Source: Longimicrobiales bacterium
GTDB taxonomy: Bacteria; Gemmatimonadota; Gemmatimonadetes; Longimicrobiales; Gaopeijiaceae
NCBI GenBank assembly: GCA_965218295.1
Contig: CBDCKN010000003.1
Location: forward strand, 224,001-288,000
Direction of reading: 5' to 3'
DNA length: 64,000 nucleotides
Part shown: positions 45,850-56,639 of the stretch, piece after piece
Layout of the letters: each line of letters opens with the position of its first letter
How positions within the stretch are numbered: position 1 is the first letter of the stretch
Notes under the pieces: model-generated
What the model saw: only the letters and a program-made list of their open reading frames with translations
The model's database searches: none
Told to the model about the DNA's origin: nothing
Program-made: the position numbers and the translations under genes

Positions 45850-46719
45850 GTGACTCAAATGCCTTTGTCCTGGCAGTTACACGCCTTCGGAGCCACGCTT
45901 GCGATCTGCACCCTGCTCGGCCGAGCGGAACAAGGTGCGGGTCAACAGCCGGGGTCTTACGGGTGGTACGTGAGCGCGAGCGGCGGGACGAACTGGAACT
46001 CCGTGATGAAGCAGGCGGGCCATAACCGGGACAATATCTGTTACCCGAATTTCCGTTGCAGCGGCATGCCGGAGGGCTATCGCTGGTTTTACAACCTTCC
46101 CTCGGATCTCGGTACTGCTTTTGAAGTCGCCGTCGGTCGAGATTTCGGCGACGTGCGCGTGGAGGTGTCGGTCTCCCAGCGATCGAACAACATCGAGCAA
46201 GAGTTCACCGACATTACCTTTCTGGATGGATCTCCGATCCTGCCTAACGAAGACAGCAACTATACGTCGGCCAACACAACCAGGGTCGATGCTCTGGGTG
46301 CGCGCACGCTGTCCCTGAACGCCTATCACGACTTCGCGTTCGCAGAAAGCCGGGTCATGCTTTACCTGGGCGCCGGGCTGGGCCTGTCCTTCGTCGAGCT
46401 GTCGGGGCTGTATTTCAGCAGCGAATACTCGTGCATTAGTCAGCCATGCGGCGGTCGTCCCGCGGCGGAGTACAACAGTCTGCAGGACGTTGATCTGTCC
46501 GACAGCGGTCTTTCCAAGCAGCTCTTTGCCGGCACCGACTATCGTCTGGGCGACAAGCTCCTACTCGGCCTGAAGGCGTCCTACAGCTGGGTCGACGACC
46601 TTGTGGACACGAGTCCTTACGAGGTGCATCCGTTTCCCATAATGAACGACACCGAAATCAGTCGCATCAATCCCTGGTCTATGATGCTCGGCTTGAAGTA
46701 CCTGCTGCTCAGCGATTGA
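45850..46719 (+). CDS. Outer-membrane beta-barrel protein (opacity/OmpA-like)
   Basis: Signal-like N-terminus, GWYVS, YLGAGLG and terminal LGLKY motifs; GGAGG RBS. Confidence 0.65.
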   Translation: MTQMPLSWQLHAFGATLAICTLLGRAEQGAGQQPGSYGWYVSASGGTNWNSVMKQAGHNRDNICYPNFRCSGMPEGYRWFYNLPSDLGTAFEVAVGRDFGDVRVEVSVSQRSNNIEQEFTDITFLDGSPILPNEDSNYTSANTTRVDALGARTLSLNAYHDFAFAESRVMLYLGAGLGLSFVELSGLYFSSEYSCISQPCGGRPAAEYNSLQDVDLSDSGLSKQLFAGTDYRLGDKLLLGLKASYSWVDDLVDTSPYEVHPFPIMNDTEISRINPWSMMLGLKYLLLSD

Positions 46720-47040
46720 GGGATCGTCCCGACGGATATTGACATGCGCCGCGTCGGTGCGGTCCGACCACTACGCGGCCAGCGCTTTGGGATCAACATT
46801 GCCTGGTTTTCCACGGTGAGCCTGTAGGGCTGTTCGCAGCGCAGACTTTGCTCGTGTGTCCTCGGCGAGTTCCCCATTGATTTGGCCGACGAGACCTCTA
46901 GCGGCCTCTCCTGGTCCGCGTCCCCTCAACCGACCCCAGCAGCTGCCTGCCGCCATATGTCCTTCGTGTGGCGCTCGACTCAGGACGCACCGGCAAGAGG
47001 GACGGGGGGCGAGCCCCCCGCCCGCGAACTCCGCCGGAGC

Positions 47041-47130
47041 GCGGGCCTCAGGGGGGATCGAAGGGGCGGAGTCCCTCGCCAGCCCCTGCCGGGGACCCGC
47101 GAAGCGTGGCCCCAAAGGGTAGGCTGGCTC
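47041..47130 (+). other. Orphan oriT-like copy 3
   Basis: Same core as 36877 and 42542. Confidence 0.68.
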
Positions 47131-47796
47131 CCGTGCGCCAAAACCGCCGGACTCGCCGATCTGGAACGCCGTGTTGATCTTGTCGAGCGCTCCGTCCCAC
47201 GCGGCGAGGGGCGATCCCGAAATCGCCCGTACCCTCACCTCAAGAGGGACACCGAGGGCAACTGGGACCGAGCGGCGGGATACAAGCCGAGCAGAACATG
47301 CTGGCAGCTGGCCAGGCTTGACCGTGGAGCCATTGCGCTACGTGCATCCTTCGGCCCTCACAGTCAGTCTGCCAGGGCTTGGCGTGAGATGCCGAACGGA
47401 CCCGACCTTGACGAAGCGGGACTTCGGGTCTCGATGTTTCTTCGATGTTTTTTTCTGGAAAACCTTACTGAAACATGCGGGCTTTTCATCGGGCTAGAAA
47501 CAGACGACTAAGCCCTTCTCCTGCTCTATGAGCAGGCGGTCAGTCCCCGTTTGGTCCCTTGGCTAGAACGATCTGTCGCCAAGGCGCGCACGATACTGTG
47601 CACGTTCACGACACGGATCCTTGGGGGGTGGGGGTGGGGGAGGGGTGAACTATTTCGCCTCTTATTTCTTAACCCCAGAATCGCAAGTCCGTTAGGAGGG
47701 CGTGGCCACAAATTTCCGCCGCCGCAACTCACGCCGATAGATCAGCTGGGGTGCATTGCACTTGGGCTCCCGTGGTACCGTGAGCGCACTCACGTC

Positions 47797-47940
47797 CTAT
47801 AACGCCGGACTCAAGCACGGCCCTCGGGTACGCTGTCGCGGGGAAGCCGGAAGCTCTAACGTGAGCAACGGGCCGGCCGCTTCGCGGACACTCCGGTGGC
47901 TGTGCCACCTCCGCGTCTTGAGCCAGTGAGCCCGTTACGC
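47797..47940 (+). repeat. attC-like site 1 (family A, 144 bp)
   Basis: TAACGCCGGACTCAAG...CTTGAGCCAGTGAGCCCGTTA. Confidence 0.75.
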
Positions 47941-47992
47941 GACACGCTAAAGAGACGTCTTGACGTTGTGACGTATAGCGCTATAGTGACCC

Positions 47993-48226
47993 ATGAGCAC
48001 GAAAACAAAGCGTACAACGGTCTACTTCTCTCCTTCCGTACATCGAGCCTTACGACTCAAGGCCGCCGAGACGGAGCAAAGCGTATCCGACCTCGTGAAC
48101 GAGGCAGTCCTCGGGATCCTCTCCGAAGACGCGGAGGATCTCGAGGCGTTTGAGGCACGCGCGAACGAGCCAAGCCTCTCCTTCTCCGATGTGCTGCAGG
48201 AGATGAGGCAGAGCGGTGAGCTATGA
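47993..48226 (+). CDS. CopG/RHH antitoxin (cassette)
   Basis: KRTTVY..HRALRLKAAETEQSVSDLVNEAV; own TTGACG..TATAGT promoter. Confidence 0.82.
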   Translation: MSTKTKRTTVYFSPSVHRALRLKAAETEQSVSDLVNEAVLGILSEDAEDLEAFEARANEPSLSFSDVLQEMRQSGEL

Positions 48227-48470
48227 TCTCCAGATCAAGCCCTCTGCCGTCAAGGAACTGAAAGCTCTCCAGGAAGCGGATCGCGGCCGGGTCGTCGATC
48301 GCATCCATGCTCTGGCCGAGGACCCCCGGCCTCGTGGCTGCGAGAAGCTAACCGGTGGATTTCGGTACCGGGTACGCCAGGGATCGCATCGTGTCTTGTA
48401 CGAAGTCGACGATGAAGCCCAGATCGTCACCGTCGTGAAGATTGGCCACCGCCGAGACGTGTATCGATAG
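48216..48470 (+). CDS. relE: RelE/ParE-family toxin (cassette)
   Basis: PRPRGCEKL..YRVRQG.HRVLY..KIGHRRDVYR motif. Confidence 0.88.
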   Translation: MSYDLQIKPSAVKELKALQEADRGRVVDRIHALAEDPRPRGCEKLTGGFRYRVRQGSHRVLYEVDDEAQIVTVVKIGHRRDVYR

Positions 48471-48489
48471 TTTGCGGTGTACGCGCGTC

Positions 48490-48638
48490 GCGTAACGCCG
48501 CTCTCCCGCCGAACCCTTCGGTGCGCCTTCGCGCATTACGTGTTGTGGCACTATCGTGGAGACCGACGGGCCCGTCCCTTCGGGGCACTCCGTTCGCGGA
48601 CGCTCACTCCGCGCCGGGAGCGCGTGAGCCCGTTACGG
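48490..48638 (+). repeat. attC-like site 2 (family B, 149 bp)
   Basis: TAACGCCGCTCTCCCG...CGGGAGCGCGTGAGCCCGTTA. Confidence 0.75.
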
Positions 48639-48690
48639 ACATGCGCTTTAGCGGGAAGCAAGACTTTGGCCCCCGAGGCTCCCCGTTAGG

Positions 48691-49257
48691 TCACGGCCAT
48701 AGCGCGGCGAAGATGGCGCCGGTAGCGAGCCCATAGAGCACGGCGTCGATCACGTGTTTCCACGTATTGCTCCACGGTGCTCCGAAATAGACGGCGGCCG
48801 TGATGACTCCTGCGCCGTGTCCCATTGCCGCCACTGTCGCCGAGATCCGAAACACATCCATGGCCGGCTGCCCAGCGGCGAAGCCTGTACCTGTCACATA
48901 CGCCACCAGCCCGGACAATACCAAATAGAAGATGAAAAGCTGTACTAACTTCCTCCCTATCGCACTGATCGTGGGAACGCCGGACGGCACGATAAAGATG
49001 AACCCGACCGGGCCTTGGGTCAGCTTCTCTGCGATTTCAGGATCCTCCACCTCCGCGTGGGTCCAGGCACGCGGCAGCATGTAACCGCCAGGCGCGGGAG
49101 GCCGTTCTCGCATCGCGTTGATCACGCTGTCTTCGTCGGGGAGCTTCTTGAAGTCGGACTTGTGGTGGGGAAGCGCCGTCCACACGAGAAGGCTCAGGAT
49201 GAACACCGCTACGGTGGACAACAAAATGGGCAGCCACAGATCTAGCAGTGGGACCAC
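48691..49257 (-). CDS. Hypothetical multi-pass membrane protein
   Basis: Four hydrophobic segments; WTALPHHKSDF..PGGY motif; GTG start with GGAG RBS. Confidence 0.75.
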   Translation of the reverse strand: MVPLLDLWLPILLSTVAVFILSLLVWTALPHHKSDFKKLPDEDSVINAMRERPPAPGGYMLPRAWTHAEVEDPEIAEKLTQGPVGFIFIVPSGVPTISAIGRKLVQLFIFYLVLSGLVAYVTGTGFAAGQPAMDVFRISATVAAMGHGAGVITAAVYFGAPWSNTWKHVIDAVLYGLATGAIFAALWP

Positions 49258-49452
49258 ATGCTTCTCCAAGTTGGGGGCAGCCAGCAAGGTTCCCCGCCCG
49301 ATAACGCAGCGCAAGAGGCCGCACCATCAAGTCACGGTTCAACCACGGATAGAGACGGCGATCTCTTAGACACGCGGGTCGCATCGAGACCCGCCAGTTT
49401 GCCTCCGGTGTTCGACAGCGCGTCGTCCTCCGAAACCGGCCTCTCAGCTGAG

Positions 49453-52020
49453 CTACAGCCAATCCGTGGGGAATTCCTCCCGGTACCGCTCAATCGCGTC
49501 GGCAGTCCCACAGATGTAGATGGCGTCGTCCGAGGCGAGTTCCAGATCGGTCGGAAAGTCCATGGTCACCGTTCCACCGCGGTCCAGTGCTACGACCGTG
49601 CATCCGGTGCGCTCGCGGATCCGCTCCCTGATCGGGTTCTTCCCTTCGAGCTGGCCCGCGCTCACGAGCGCGAGCTTGATACGCGGCTGTAGCGAGACGG
49701 TCTCACCGAGCACGTGGTGGGCCAGGAGCTGGCCGGCGACCTGACTGATCGACAGGGCGAAGTCGGCGCCGGCCCGGTGGACGCGCGCAACACTCTCGGC
49801 CAGCCGGGCACCCGCGATGATGGGAAGGTCTGGTGCGTGGTCTCGCAGCAGCGTCGCCGCATAGACCGTAGGGCTTTCAGCGCCGAGAGCCAACGCTGCC
49901 ACGCGCGCGTCGGCCAAAGGCAGAAGGTCGAGCACCTCGGGGTCGGTGACGTCTCCGACGAGGTCGACACCCGGACGCTCCTCGGAGTCGAGCACACAGA
50001 CCTCCTCGCCCACCGCCCGCAGGATCTCGGCGAGCTTCTGACCCACGCTTCCGAATCCGACCACGATGATCACGCCCTCCTCGCGGATCGGCCGTGCCAT
50101 CTCGCTGAGCTGCTCGATGCTCTCCGGCGTCCCCGCTGCGACGAGGATCGTGCCGGGAGGGATGGTCTCGTGCGGGTCCGGAGCGGCGCCCAGCTCGGCG
50201 TCGCGCCACTGTCCGATTATGTTGGCTCCGGTACGCGTCCGTATCCGCGTGGCCGCGAGCGTGGCGTGCGCGAGCGGGCTGCCGTCGTGGACCCTGAGCT
50301 CCGCCACCTCGAGGAGTCGGCTTAGCGGCCGGAAGCCCATTACCCGCGGCCCGACTTTAGCGCTGGCCCGCGCGCTCAGCATCGCCGCGAGCACGTGCGT
50401 CGGTGCGAAGGTCACGTCGGCCCCCGCGAACAACATGGGCGAACGGCGACGCGGGTCCTCGATCATCGCAACGATCTGTCCCTCGAGGCCGACCTCGCGG
50501 GCTCCTAGCGAGAGCAGGACGTTGTCGTCGTCGTCGCCGTTCAGGACCAGCGAGCGTGCACGTGCCAGCGGCCGCAGGTCCACCTCTTGCTCGGAGATCC
50601 TCGCGTGAACCACACTCCTCCCCCGTTCGTGGAGTCGACGCGCCACATCTTCGTCCTCCTCCACGATCAAGTAGGGGAGTCCCCGTCGCTCCAGCTCGCC
50701 CACGAGAGACACGATCTCCGGTCCGTGCCGGTACAGGACCACCGCGTCGGCCAGGTTGGGAAGCGTGGTCGGCGGGCGAGAGCCGTTGGCCTCCGGGGCC
50801 GCGGACTCCCTGAACTTGTCCGACCACAGGATCCCTACGCCCGCGCCTTCGAGGCGGGCAGCCCGCCCTGCGAGCAGAACGGAGCACCCCTTGAGCCCAA
50901 TTGGCGTGAAGAGGTTGAGGAGGAACGCGGTGAAGATCAGCACCGAGAATATCGCGGGTGCGATGGCGCCCTCGGCGAGGGCAAGCGATGCGAGGATGAA
51001 CGCGAGCTCGGCACGCCCGCACATCCCCACACCGACCGTGAGAGCCTCCCGCGCGGGAAGACCCATCCGGATCGCCATGCCCCCGGCGCTCACGACCTGC
51101 CCGACGATCACGGCCGTGGTGAGGACCGCGAGGAAGCCCAGGCCCGACGCGCTGATCTGGAAGGTGATCGAGAAGCCGAGGGAGATGAAGAAAATTGGCC
51201 CGAGGAAAGAGTACGCGATCCCGTACGAGCGATCGGCCACCACACGCACGAGGTTCGGGTGGGCGACCCTCTCCTCGAAGAAGAGCCCGGCCAGGTACGC
51301 GCCCAGGATCATGTGCAGCCCGATCGCCTCCGCCACCAGTCCGGCACCGATCGCGACAACGAGTACGAACGTGAAGCCCTTTCCACCCTCGGACCGGAAC
51401 GGGAGCGTCAGACTCGGATAGACGTGGCGGCCAAGCACGAAGGCGAACGCGAAGAAGGTGATGACCTTGACGAGCGTGACCGCGACGGCCGCCGGCGTGA
51501 ACGAGCCGCCCGACAACACCCCCAGGATCAGGCCGAAGAAGACGAGTGTCAGCAGGTCGTCGATGACGCAGCTCGCGACGATGATTCGGGCGACCCGGGT
51601 GTCGGCAAGCCCGAGGTCTCGGAGCGTCTTGAGCGTGATCACGACCGCCGTTGCGGTCATCGTGAGGCCCACGAAGGTCGCGCCCACCGGGTCCAGCCCG
51701 AACGCCGTGGCCACGCCGAAGCTCACCCCGAACGGCACCAGCGCGCCCACGACGGCCACGCCGAGCGAACGTCTCAGGGCGTCGAAGAACTGCCGGGGCT
51801 GCGTCTCCACCCCGGCGTGGAACATGAGGAAGAAGATGCCGATCTCGGCGAGCAGCGTGATCGCTTCGCTGGGCTCGATCCAGCCGAGCACGGCTGGGCC
51901 GACCAGAACGCCCACGATCAACTCACCCATGATCGTCGGCAGCCCGAGCGGGCGCAGAGTTACAGCGACGAGCCAGATGGCGGCTAGCAGGATCAGTAGG
52001 TCGACCGCGATGTCGTGCAT
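49453..52020 (-). CDS. CPA2 cation:proton antiporter with multiple RCK (TrkA_N/TrkA_C) domains
   Basis: ~12 TM N-terminus (GELIVG, IDD, GRAE) followed by RCK domains (VGFGSVG). Confidence 0.88.
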   Translation of the reverse strand: MHDIAVDLLILLAAIWLVAVTLRPLGLPTIMGELIVGVLVGPAVLGWIEPSEAITLLAEIGIFFLMFHAGVETQPRQFFDALRRSLGVAVVGALVPFGVSFGVATAFGLDPVGATFVGLTMTATAVVITLKTLRDLGLADTRVARIIVASCVIDDLLTLVFFGLILGVLSGGSFTPAAVAVTLVKVITFFAFAFVLGRHVYPSLTLPFRSEGGKGFTFVLVVAIGAGLVAEAIGLHMILGAYLAGLFFEERVAHPNLVRVVADRSYGIAYSFLGPIFFISLGFSITFQISASGLGFLAVLTTAVIVGQVVSAGGMAIRMGLPAREALTVGVGMCGRAELAFILASLALAEGAIAPAIFSVLIFTAFLLNLFTPIGLKGCSVLLAGRAARLEGAGVGILWSDKFRESAAPEANGSRPPTTLPNLADAVVLYRHGPEIVSLVGELERRGLPYLIVEEDEDVARRLHERGRSVVHARISEQEVDLRPLARARSLVLNGDDDDNVLLSLGAREVGLEGQIVAMIEDPRRRSPMLFAGADVTFAPTHVLAAMLSARASAKVGPRVMGFRPLSRLLEVAELRVHDGSPLAHATLAATRIRTRTGANIIGQWRDAELGAAPDPHETIPPGTILVAAGTPESIEQLSEMARPIREEGVIIVVGFGSVGQKLAEILRAVGEEVCVLDSEERPGVDLVGDVTDPEVLDLLPLADARVAALALGAESPTVYAATLLRDHAPDLPIIAGARLAESVARVHRAGADFALSISQVAGQLLAHHVLGETVSLQPRIKLALVSAGQLEGKNPIRERIRERTGCTVVALDRGGTVTMDFPTDLELASDDAIYICGTADAIERYREEFPTDWL

Positions 52021-52161
52021 CCGGTCAACCTACAAGGCCGGGAGACGCCTGCCGAGCGGCCAACAGAACTCGATGCAGGCCACCATCGCCGGTGCTGAAG
52101 GCCCCGGGGTTCGGCGTTAGTTGACCATCAGCAGAAAGGATGGGACAATCGAGCGCACGTC

Positions 52162-52411
52162 CGATAACGCCGGACTCACGCGCTCGCCTGACAGCTATAA
52201 CGAGCACACACACACATGCCTGATAGGTATGCGGTTCGTGCTCGCGGACCTTACGGGTCCGTTTCGCTATCAGGGGGAGTGCTCGTCATAGTCCCTGCGC
52301 GCTGTCGCGCTCCGGCAACTCGGGTCTTACGATGAGCAACGGTTCGGCCGCTTCGCGGACACTCCGGTGGCTTCGCCACCTCCGCGTCTCGAGTCAGTGA
52401 GCCCGTTATCG
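52162..52411 (+). repeat. attC-like site 3 (family A, 250 bp, with internal hairpin insert)
   Basis: GTCCGATAACGCCGGACTCA...GAGTCAGTGAGCCCGTTATCGGAC. Confidence 0.72.
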
Positions 52412-52487
52412 GACCTGCCTTTGGACAGCGTATTGTGAGGGATTGAAGTGGAGTAGTCAATATCGGTTACGGCTGCTCCAGGCGTCT

Positions 52488-54054
52488 CGGAACCTGTCAA
52501 CGCCAGTGAGACACTCTTGGAAATCAATTAGAGAGCAATCTCCTGTGTAGTGAGGGATGGGGTGGGAGGATTGATCCAGACGGCCTCCGGGAGTGGTTTA
52601 GGCTTCGGCTCACCGGAGACGAAGCGCTCGGGATGAGCGGCCCATGCCTCACGGAGCACGGCCTTCCTGCAGGCGATGATCCGATCGGCGTGACCGAAGT
52701 GGACCTGTTCGGGGGTCAGCATCGAGATGCCGCCATGGCGGTGCTCGGCATTATACCAACGGAAGAACGAGCGACAGAAGGTCTTGGCTTGCCCCTGATC
52801 CCCGAACCGGCCGGGAAACGAGGGATGGTACTTCAAGGTCTTGAACTGAGCCTCGGAGAACGGATTGTCATCCGAGACCTGGGGTCGGCCCAACGAGCGG
52901 GTCACGCCGAGATCGGCGAGTAGTTGAGCCGTGCATTGGCTCGTCATCGGAGCCCCTCGATCGGAATGCAGGGTCAGGAGGTGGGGCTGGACGCCATGCT
53001 TCAAGCAACTCTGCTGGATCAGCCGGCTGGCCAGGGCAGAGTTCTCCCGATCCGCCACCATCCATCCCACGACGTAGCGGCTGAAGATGTCCAGGATCAC
53101 GTAGAGGTAGAAGTAACTCCACTTCTTCGGCCCCAGCAGCCGGGTGATATCCCAGGACCAGACCTGGTTCGGGCCCCTCGCCATCAACTCGGGTTTCTGG
53201 TATTTGGGATGACTCCGCTGCGCTCGACGCTCCTGAACCGGCACCTGGGAAGCCAGAACGCGATACATCGTACGCTCGCTGCACAGGTAGACGTCCTCGT
53301 CGAGCAGCGTCGCCACCACCTCGGCTGGGGACCGGTCCACGAACCGCTCCGAACACAGCGTGTCGAAGACCTTGTCTCGTTCCTTCTCGCTTAAGGCCCG
53401 GGCGGGGGTCGGGCGGGGCTGCTGATGCCCGGTCGATGGCCTCCGACGACGGTAGAACGTGGCTCGCGGCACCCTGAGCGCATCGCACGCGGGCTTCACC
53501 CCTACGTGCTTGGCTAGCTCCTGGGTCGCCTTCATGAGTTCGTCCCGTCCTCGAGGCTCAATCCCAGCAGCCCTGCAACTTTTCCCTGGACGTCGATGAT
53601 CAAGTGCGCCTTCTGGAGCTCCTTCTCGAGGCGAGTGTTCTCGCGCTCCAGCTTGCGCACCTTCTCCTCCAGCGGATTGCGCTCGCGCTTACGGCCTCGT
53701 TTCTTCGACAGCGCTTTCAGGGACCCGCTATGCGCCGCCTTGCGCCATGTCGTCAGGTGCGACGAGTACAAGCCCTCCCGCCGTAGGAGTCGGCCAACCT
53801 CTCCGGGCTCCGTGCACCGGTCCGCTTCTTCGACGATCCGCAGCTTGTACGACGGAGCGAACCGCCGGCGCAGCGGCCTATCTACCACCTCCGAGTCCGC
53901 AGGAGCTGCCGCGCTTCGCTTACCGTCCCAGGTTGGTGGGGCTATTCCATTCTCTTTCATTCTCTCTCGGTGTCTCAGCATCCTCGGTTTCTCTGCCTTC
54001 GCCCTACTCTAATTCCTTAGCTGCTCCGTGTCTCACGTAAGTTGGCAGAGAGGG
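52488..54054 (-). mobile_element. IS3-family element, copy 2 (orfB 52528-53535, orfA 53532-53960)
   Basis: Near-identical to copy 1; 3-bp TSD TCT. Confidence 0.92.
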
Positions 54055-54276
54055 TCTTAGCTTTGCGCCTCCGCTGGCAGACTCCAGCTATCGCGATGGA
54101 CCATCATTGTTTTGATTGCAGCAAACAGCATTTGGGCCGTTCAGTGTTTCACTCAAGTTGGGTGGCTGAGCGGAAGTGCCTCCTTTTTGGGGCTCTCTCA
54201 TCTCCTACTCGAAGGATTGTGGGTTGGTGGGTTGGCTTACTTGGAGGCTCGAATTGTCCTTCCGGTTGCAGCCTAG
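54055..54276 (+). pseudogene. Small membrane-protein cassette gene, 3' part (5' remnant at ~52445-52487)
   Basis: WTIIVLIAANSIWAVQ..SHLLLEGLWVGGLAYLEAR..*; low GC; ends just before attC-like site 4. Confidence 0.55.
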
Positions 54277-54314
54277 GACTAGGTATTACTGCGCAGGCGT
54301 AAGTCCGCTACTGC

Positions 54315-54405
54315 GCATAACACATCCGTTTACGCTGCGGCCCATTCGGGCCTTGGCCTTCGGCACCCCGCATACGCGGGGTCGTAAATGGTGAAAACGT
54401 TATAT
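54315..54405 (+). repeat. attC-like site 4 (91 bp)
   Basis: GCATAAC..CCGTTTACG...CGTAAATGGTGAAAACGTTATAT. Confidence 0.68.
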
Positions 54406-54420
54406 GACACGGTCTCGAAC

Positions 54421-54891
54421 ATGAGAGAATCTTTGAACACCGAGCCAAGCCAACTGAAGCGTGGCAGGGCTTTTCATCGACTCGTTCAACACGAGTGGCA
54501 TCTTACCGCTGAGGGTGCGATCCAGGACGAACGGCCGGTCATCCTTCGCGAAGGGATCGGAGAGAAACGCGCAGAAGAGTACGTGGGGTGGTGGGGTCCG
54601 GACGGTCGGTCGGAAGGCCTGTGCGTCGAGGAGATCGCAGAGTGGGCGAGGCGATTGGGTTTAGAAGCGGTGGTGTGGACGGCATTGCCTTCGGGACTCC
54701 GAGATTCCCCTGGCGAAGTGCCGACATCCGAGGCGGTGGTCGCCTATCTCCGGGACCTCCCCGCTGAGCCATGCAGGAAAGCACGGGAGTACATCAGGCG
54801 GGCGCCTCCGCAAATCGACACGGCTACAAGACGTTCTATGAGAGCGATCGTCAAGGGCGGACTTCTCCCCGTCCGATCGCCCCGGCTTTAG
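54421..54891 (+). pseudogene. Hypothetical cassette ORF, probably a chimera from deletions
   Basis: Starts 22 bp after the GTT; AVVWTALP..AREYIRRAPPQIDT segment. Confidence 0.4.
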
Positions 54892-55047
54892 CTCGTTGAC
54901 GATCAGCCCCGAAGGTTGGGATGACGAGGTCGTTGGGTGCTTCCGGGTCGGCTGAGCAGTCTTCTTTCGCATCGTTCTCCTCGGTCGGTCACCGGATCCA
55001 GTGATGGACACATGCAAGCGTTGGGTGGGTCGCGCGCGGCGAACCAT

Positions 55048-56403
55048 GGTTCTATCTGAGACTCGGCGGATAGGCCGGCCTGACGCTTATTCGGGTTCTG
55101 CGGGGGGGCCTACGGTTAGGTGAGTGCCTCGGCTTGACTGGTGGCCGGGCGAACGACTCGCTCGAGACTGCCCCCCGCACCCTGGTCCCGGACCCTGGAG
55201 CCGACGGCGAGGGGAACGCCCCGCACCACCGCCTCGTGGGGTCCGGGCGCTAGCGCGCTTGCATCGTCAGCTTCGTTGGATCGTAGAGCTCTCCTGTCTT
55301 CCAAAGCCGTAGTGTGATCGCCGCAAGCTTGCGGGTCAGGGTCACCCGTGCGAGTTCCGGTCGCATCCCGCGAGCGATCATCTCGTGATAGAAGTCCTGC
55401 AGCGGGCCAGGCCGTGCCGTGGCGGCCGTGGCCGCGCCCTTGAAGACATCCTTGAGCACCCGGTTGTGATTGCGGTTGAGCCCCCGCGTCATGGGTGCGC
55501 GGCGCCGCCGCACCGGCCGCCCCTCGACCAGCGTGTAGTCCGCGCTCGAGGAGGTCACGACGGCCAGGCCGCTGTAGCCCCTGCCCCATAGGTTCCGCTT
55601 GGTGCGGAACCGCCAGGGCGTGCGCATGGTCGCCAGCAGCAGGGCGACCCGCACCGGCCCCAGGAAGGGGACCGTGCCCAGCACGGGCCATGCCGGGTCG
55701 CGCCGTGCTTCCGTCACCATGGCGGCCTTCGCCTTGGGCCGCAGTTCACGGAGCACGTCGAGTTGGGCGTACAGCGCCTGCGCCCGGAACCGGACCCCGC
55801 GCTCGGGCAGCTTGGCGAGCCACTCGGCCCGGTGCCTCGGGTGGTAGACGCGCTTGCCCGGCGTCTTGATCCCGCGGGCCCGGAACAGCGCCTTCAGCCG
55901 CAGCATCACCCGGGTCGTGTCCTCGACCACACTCTGATAGGTCCGAGTGAGCTCCTTCAGCGTGGCCCGATGCGCGCTCCCGTGATAGACCGCCCGTAGC
56001 CCCCCGCGGCGCAGCAACTCCGACAGCTCGTCGGCATCGACCTGGTCACCCTTGTTCCCTTGCCGCGACTTCCCACGCCGGTCGCACACGACGACTCGAT
56101 CCACCACTGGCTCGAGGAGATCGTGCAGCCACTGCGCTTGGGTCCCCTCCTCGAACGCCACATGCACCGCCCCGCGCATCCCGGAGAACCATTCCACGAT
56201 CACCGGCTCCTCGGTGGCCATGATGCTGCGCGCGATCACACGCCCGCCCTCCGCCCGAACCGACGCCAGTGTCGTTGCTTGATGTACATCCAGTGCCACA
56301 TACTTCGTCGTCCGCTTCATGAGGGCCGCTCCTTGTTGGGTTCCAAGCGTCTTCGTCGACATCTTCTTGGTATCCGCAAGGGGCGTGCTCTCAATATCCG
56401 TTT
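55048..56403 (-). mobile_element. IS110-family element (transposase 55250-56320); ends approximate
   Basis: YVALDVH, FEEG, KGDQVDA and YSGL motifs; ~200-bp non-coding end downstream. Confidence 0.85.
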
Positions 56404-56449
56404 GGTAGAGATTGAATTGGGATGGACACACATCCGTGGGGACCGCGTC

Positions 56450-56607
56450 ATATAACGCCGGACTCAAGCTCTCGCCTGCGACTCTTACCTCCGCGCTGTC
56501 GCGCTCCGGCAGCTCGGATCTTACGATGAGCAACGGCTCGGCCGCTTCGCGGACACTCCGGTGAGCTCCGCTCACCTCTATGTCGTGAGTCAGTGAGCCC
56601 GTTATAC
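56450..56607 (+). repeat. attC-like site 5 (family A, 158 bp)
   Basis: GTCATATAACGCCGGACTCAAG...GAGTCAGTGAGCCCGTTATAC. Confidence 0.75.
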
Positions 56608-56639
56608 GGAATCGCGAGAGCCAGCAAGGAGGGGTAGCT

